Assembly (NCBI RefSeq): GCF_009914755.1
Contig: NC_060941.1
Length of the DNA: 64,000 nt
Strand: one strand, 5' to 3'
Source: the human T2T-CHM13v2.0 reference genome, Homo sapiens
The notes beneath the pieces are model-generated. The model did not search any database, was not told where the DNA came from, and saw only the letters and a list, made by a program, of their open reading frames with translations. Shown one piece after another: positions 50,880 to 64,000 of this stretch. The position numbers and the translations under genes were made by a program. Each line of letters starts with the position of its first letter. Position 1 is the stretch's first letter.

Positions 50880-51450
50880 TTAGCTGAAATATGCTTCATT
50901 AGATATTTCAAAACTATAAGGTTATCCTTAACTTCAATCAAAGTCTTTAAAAGTATATATACATGCTTTTCACATAAGATGAACTATGGATTACGGATTT
51001 GCAAAACCAAGAGATCAAAACTTCGAGTACTCTATGTTCTAAAACAACCACGTGTAAGCATTTTGTAAAAACATATTTTTACTAAAATCAATTTATTTCT
51101 CAGTATCTGAAACTGGCATGAATGTCGAGCAAGTTCCTAATCAAAATGTATTAGATGTTCTAATTATGTGTCAGAGGCTGTTTTTGTCATTTCAATCAAA
51201 ACCATTTTTAGATGATTGATTATTTTATGAAAAAAAGCAATGATGAAAATTGTTTCAGTTGTATTTCAAGAGTTTATAAAAAGACAAATTTATGCATTGA
51301 ATTGAAGCTGAGTAGAAACCGAGTTTGGAAAAAGAAAATACGTTGATGGCTTAAATTTGAATATGAACCGGATATTCTAGATCAGTCAGAAAATGGATTA
51401 TTAGCACTTGAGATTCACGAAATTAGAGCCTACTGCTTTTCAGGGTTTAA
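50880..51450 (+). mobile_element. AT-rich probable hAT (Tip100/Zaphod-like) transposase fossil
   Basis: Broken translation IFTKINL/SQYL..GMNV...KKSNDENCF...LSRNRVWKKKIR*WLKFEYE resembles hAT transposase segments (pattern recall only). Confidence 0.4.
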
Positions 51451-51567
51451 GAAGTTTCTTTTTTATTTTTTTTTTTATAAACTCATTAATGGGAAGACTT
51501 TTTTTTTAACTTCTTGAAAATGTCAACATTTTGAAAAAAATGTTATTTTATCATAAATGAGAAACTA

Positions 51568-51860
<293 letters not shown>

Positions 51861-51894
51861 AAACCATTTTTGTTTAATTTCATTTCTACATGGT

Positions 51895-52450
51895 CGTCAA
51901 ACGTGCCTATCCAATGAAGCCTTCATAGAAGGCCCAAGAAGACAGAGTTTGGGGAGCTTCTGGATAGCGGAGCATGTGGAGGTTCCAGGAGGGCAGGGTG
52001 CCCAGGAAGGGCATGGAAGCTCCGTGTCCCTTCCCCATACCTTGCCCTATGCATTTCTTCATCTGTATCTATTGTGATATCCTTTACAATTAAACTGGTA
52101 AACATAAGTGTTTCCTGCCTCTGTGAGCCACTCTAGCAATTTAATTGAACTTGAGGAGTGAGTCATGGGAACCCAAATTTATAGCTGGTTAGTCAGTAGC
52201 ACAGGTAATACAACCCCTGGGGGTTGTGATGGGAATTGGAAGTGGGAGGGAGCAGTCTTGTGGGACTGAGCCCTCAACCCGTGATCTGATGCTGTCTCCA
52301 GGCGGATGGTCTCAGAAGTGAACTGAATTAGAGGGCACCCAGCTGGTGTCCGCTGCAGAATTGATTGCTTGCTTGTTGGTGGGGAGAGATCTGCACACAT
52401 CTGGTCACAGAAGTCTTCTGTGTTGATTGTTGTTGAGTGAGAGCAGAGGA
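51895..52450 (+). mobile_element. MER21-family LTR
   Basis: gagcttctggatagcggagcatgtggaggttccaggagggcagggtgcccagg...cagctggtgtccgctgcagaattgattgcttgcttgttggtgggg. Confidence 0.7.
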
Positions 52451-52774
52451 AAAATGCGTGTAGGAAATGCGCACGAAGGAAATGTGCACGTGTGGGAGGG
52501 TGGGGCAGGGCCGGGAGCCGGATCCTCATCTTCCCTGGGAGACATCAGTAGATAATCTAAAACATAATTGTCAACGCACACATGTAATTTCGAAGTATGG
52601 AGGTAAATGCCAAAGGCTCAGCTGGAAGATTTGAAAGTGGCTGACTCTGCATAGATGAAATAGCAGGAGAGTAGCTGGGGACTACCAATTTTGAAAAACA
52701 ATATTCTCTCAGGGAATTCACAAGTTGAATTTTATCCTCAGGCCCAGCATCTAGAAAATAAGCCCAAGCTCTGA

Positions 52775-53333
<559 letters not shown>

Positions 53334-53837
53334 CCATTGTTTTCTTTATTCCCCATGTTCCATGTTTTCTTCTTTTATCATTTCCTTCTTGTTTGAAGAG
53401 CTTCCTTTAGTTATTCTTTCAGGGCAGTTCTTCTGGGGACAATTCTCTTAGTTTTCTTCATCTTGTCTGGACGCTACTGCTTTCCTTGGGTCAGTCTATC
53501 TTCGTGGCAATACCACATTGCCTTAATTACTTTAGCTACGTAAACATCTAGATATGTGTGATGTAAGCCCTCTAGCTTTGTGGGATTTCTTCAGTATTGC
53601 CTTGGCTATTCTTGGCCTTTTGCATTTCCAAATGTTTTAGAATCAGCTTGTTATTTCTACAAGAATCCTCTTGGGATTTGGTTGGGATCACATTATAGGT
53701 TAATGTGAGTAAATGGGATATCCAGAAACATTATATATAGTTCCATGTATTTGGGTTAATTTCTCAATAATATTTCATAGTTTTCAGTATGCAATTGTGC
53801 TCATTTTTCCGTAAATGTATACCTAGGCGTTTGGTCC

Positions 53838-54609
<772 letters not shown>

Positions 54610-54706
54610 TTATTTTTTCATTGCTGACATATAGAAATGCAATGGTTTGTTTAATTACCTGTGTATTGAGATTTTGCTAAATTCACTTTTAAATTTATGT
54701 ATTTTT

Positions 54707-55882
<1,176 letters not shown>

Positions 55883-57387
55883 AAGATAAACAGAGTTTCT
55901 TACAACTGTGCATGGATAGATCAAGAGTCCACTGGGCTGGTGGCAGATCCCTGGTGGCAGCAATACAATGGCGTTGTCCCAAATGGACAGTTCCAGCAGC
56001 AAGATCTTGGATGTAGTCTCACTGCCTGGTCACATGACCACTTATTTGAAGTCAACTTTATACCTTATGAAAGCACTCAGAACTGGATTAAGAAACAGAG
56101 GACGTAACTGAGACTTTATGTGTGTGTAGGCGTGGGTGTGTGGTGAGGGCAGTGCCACCCAGTGACCTCCAGCTGGTACTCTGAAACTGTGCATGCCTCC
56201 CCAGCCTCCAATCTACTCTGGCTGAGTCCTCTTGGGAAACTCCCAGAGGCTGCACATTCCCCCAGAATGCAAGACCAGGCAAGCTCTCCTTTTTGCTGCT
56301 GGTCCCTAGTGACAATCTCTCACCTCAGCACCAAAACAAAGCAAGTCCTCACCTGCTCCTTTCCCCAGGGAGCCCTGGATCTCAGATGTACTTGCCAAGT
56401 CCTGTGTGATTGCCTCCCTGGCTGCTGTCTTACTTCAGAGAGGCAGTTGTGGGGACAGACAGAGTCAGGGACATCTGCTCCAGCCACTGTTCCCCGAGAA
56501 TCCCGTAGCTGGGTTCCCTTGGAATAAAAAAAGGAAGTGGGGAGGAATGCCAAGGAAGAGGACACTTCGAACATCTCTGAGCTTCACACACTCCAAACGG
56601 CAGTAGAGCACTTAGGAGAGGGGACTCCAAAGCCCAACAATCTCAGCTCTATTTGTTAACCGTGTGAACCCAGGGGAAATTACTTAGACTCTCTATGCGT
56701 CAGTTTCCTCATCTATAGCACAGAAATGATGATAGTACCAACTTCATGAGGATTGCTGTGCTCATTAAATGTGCTTGCAACAGTTCTGGAAACAGGAAGC
56801 ACTATACAAACGTTGGCTGATACAGTCCTGAACAGACTGAAAAGTGATGTGTTGGGGACAGACCTAGGCCTTGAGAAAGACTGGGCTCTTTGTGGAGGAA
56901 GAACTACACTGCCAGGCATTGGACAGGGGAAGAGCTGGACTCTGCCTGCAAATCTGGTGTCACCAGATGTGTTGGATTGCTGACAAAGATGGCATTGAAT
57001 GCACAGCCCTTTGCAATGTGACTTGGTCACTCCTCCTAACAAGAGGCTGAGTCTGTTTACCCACCTGCAGAATGTCGGCAGCTGCATGGGTAACCCCAAG
57101 CCAGAGCAGAAGGAAGCTGATCCCAGTACAAATTGCTGATCTGTAAAATCATAAGCAAATACATGGTCATTCTTCTAAACCTTCAGATTTTGGAAGACTT
57201 GGAGGGCAGCTTCACAGGTAGTGAAGTTGTTCTTGGGCCCTGTCTTTAGGGTAGAGCTGCTGCTTACACCTGGGGAGCCCCAGGAGTGGTGACATTTTCT
57301 TCCTGGGCTCCAACAGGTGCCTCATGATGTGCTGTTTGTTCATCCCTTACCCACAAAGATGGAAGCTGTTATTTCTTATATCACTTC

Positions 57388-60058
<2,671 letters not shown>

Positions 60059-60146
60059 ATACAGTCAACAGGACATGTGAGGACTGCCATGGAGACCAGC
60101 ATGAATGCAACACTATCCTCTGAGTACACTTTAGACTTTCCATTAC

Positions 60147-60875
60147 TATCACCAGAAAGGGGTCCCAATCCAGACCCCAAGAGAGGGTTCTGGGATCTCA
60201 TGCAATAAAGAATTTAGGGTGAGTCCAGAGTAAAGTGAAAGCAAGTTTGTTAGAGAAGTAAAGAAACAAAAGAATAGCTATTCCATAGGCAGAGCAGCCC
60301 CAAGAGCTGCTGGGTGGCTATTTTTTTTATTTATTTTTATTTTTAGTAGAGATGGGGTTTCATGGTGTTAGCCTGGATGGTCTCAATCTCCTGACCTTGT
60401 GATCCACCCGCCTCCGCCTCCCAGTGGGTGGCTATTTTTATGGTTATCTCTTGATCATATGCTAAACGAGGAGTGGATTATTATGTTTTCCAGGAAACGG
60501 GTGGGGATTTTTTGGAAATGAGGTTTCCTCCCCCTTTTAGACCATATAAGGTAACTTCTGAACGTTGCCATGGCATTTCTAAGCTTTCATGGTGCCGGTG
60601 GGAGTGACTTTAGCATGCTAATGCATTATAATTAGCATATAATGGGCAGTGAGGACTATTAGAGGTTACATTTGTTGCCATCTTGGTTTTGGCTGGCTTC
60701 TTTACTGCATCCTGTTTTATCAGCAGGGTCTTTGTGACCTGTATCTTGCGAGCTCCTATCTCACCCTATGACTAAGAATGTCTAACCCCCTAGGAATGCA
60801 GTACAGCAGGTCTCAACCTCATTTTACCCAGTCCCTATTCAAGATGGAGTCACTCTGGTTGAAGTGCCTGTAACA
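60147..60875 (-). mobile_element. MER41B solo LTR (ERV1) with a short internal Alu fragment (~60321-60424)
   Basis: Homologous to the MER41A at 13648-14497 but with the extra GAS-bearing segment and the TATGCTAATTATAATGCATTAGCATGC segment; 4-bp TSD TTAC (60143-60146, 60876-60879); Alu fragment TSD tgggtggctatttt. Confidence 0.85.
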
Positions 60876-60995
60876 TTACTAACACAAATATCTGTCCTGC
60901 TTCTGAATCTCTCTTGATCTCTCCAATGCACCCTCGACCCAGGAGCAACTTTTGGACCCTTTGCCTACTCCTCACTGCAAAAAAGAACAAGATCA

Positions 60996-61406
<411 letters not shown>

Positions 61407-61659
61407 TTAGTTGTCTAAGTCCCAGGCATGTGAGAAAAGAGGAAAAATAATGTTAAATCCGTGAGTAACTGTGTGAGCCCTTGCACCAGTGACTCTGAAA
61501 GGCGGAAGAGAAAGAGAGACTGGGGTTGTTGAAAGATAAATTATGCTGCAACGTTTAATGGATAAGCCATGGTTTACCCACCGGTAAAACACTCAATTCC
61601 TGGCCCAGGCTTTGAATCATTGCAAGGGCACTCCTTGGGAAGAGGACATAGTTGGAGGC

Positions 61660-62071
61660 TGTTAGTCTGTTTTTACATTGCTATAAATACCTGACAGTGG
61701 ATAATTTATAAAGAAAAGAGGTTTAATTGGCTCATTGTTCTGCAGGCTGTACAGGAAGCATGGTGCCCACATCTGCTTGGCTTCTGGTGAGGCCTCAGGG
61801 AGCTCTTATTCATGGCGGAAGGTGAAGTGGGAGCAGGCATGTCACTTGGAGAGAGAGCAATAGAGAGAAGGGAGAGGTCCCAGACTCTTAAACAACCAGA
61901 CCTTGCATGAACTAACTGAGCAAAACTCACTTATCACCAAGGGGATGTTGCTGAGCCATTCATGAAGGATCTACCCCATGATCGAATCACCCCCCATCAG
62001 GCCCCACATCTAACATTAGGAATCATGTTTCAACATGAGGTTTGGAGGGGACACACATCCAAACCATATCA
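61660..62071 (-). mobile_element. MSTA-type (ERVL-MaLR) solo LTR
   Basis: aatttataaagaaaagaggtttaattggctca...catccaaaccatatca. Confidence 0.85.
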
Positions 62072-62136
62072 GAGGCCGTAGAGTTTGGAAGCCTGAACTT
62101 GCACTTGGGGTTTTTGGTCTAAGCTGGAAGGAGTCA

Positions 62137-63685
<1,549 letters not shown>

Positions 63686-64000
63686 CTAGATAATACCATG
63701 TGACCATATATAAGAAAGGGATGTCTGTTTCGGCTGTTTCAGGGTTGGGCTTATTCCCAGAATTAGAGGCAACTGTGTGAGTTAAAACCACCTAGAAAGG
63801 CCTTCGTATTAGGTGTCCTCTCCCAGAAGTAGAGCCTGAGCCAGGAATTTGGGGCATGTGGTTTACTGAGGGAGGGCTCATCAGGAAGCATCTATAAGGG
63901 AGAGAAGAAAAGGATAATCAAGTGAAGTCTCAGGTAAAGGCTTGGCTTGACCTGCCAAGATCTCAAGCATAGATCCCAACACAGAATTGTCCTGTCCCCT

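Overview
Human genomic DNA (it contains a human-specific AluYb8), recognised as the 17q25 PRCD - SNHG16 - ST6GALNAC2 region. The window opens in PRCD (+): last coding exon ...REKEPLK* plus 3' UTR exons. Next is the CpG-island/5'-TOP lncRNA SNHG16 (+), hosting three C/D snoRNAs (SNORD1C/1B/1A) with a shared guide. It lies tail-to-tail with the complete 9-exon ST6GALNAC2 gene (-; exon lengths sum to 1125 nt = 374 aa + stop). The rest is Alu/MIR/L1/LTR-rich. Most notable: (1) a 283-codon Pro/Ser/Tyr-rich ORF nested in ST6GALNAC2 intron 6 whose TAG stop is the exon-7 splice acceptor; (2) a ~82%-identical decayed copy of ST6GALNAC2 exon 9, antisense inside the SNHG16 last exon; (3) a COX20 processed pseudogene apparently made from an exon-skipped mRNA; (4) a MER41B LTR with an intact GAS/STAT motif, versus a GAS-less MER41A; (5) a ~70-nt poly(A)-tailed double-hairpin mini-retroposon. 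Gene and repeat-family names come from recalled sequences, not database searches. Repeat boundaries are approximate.
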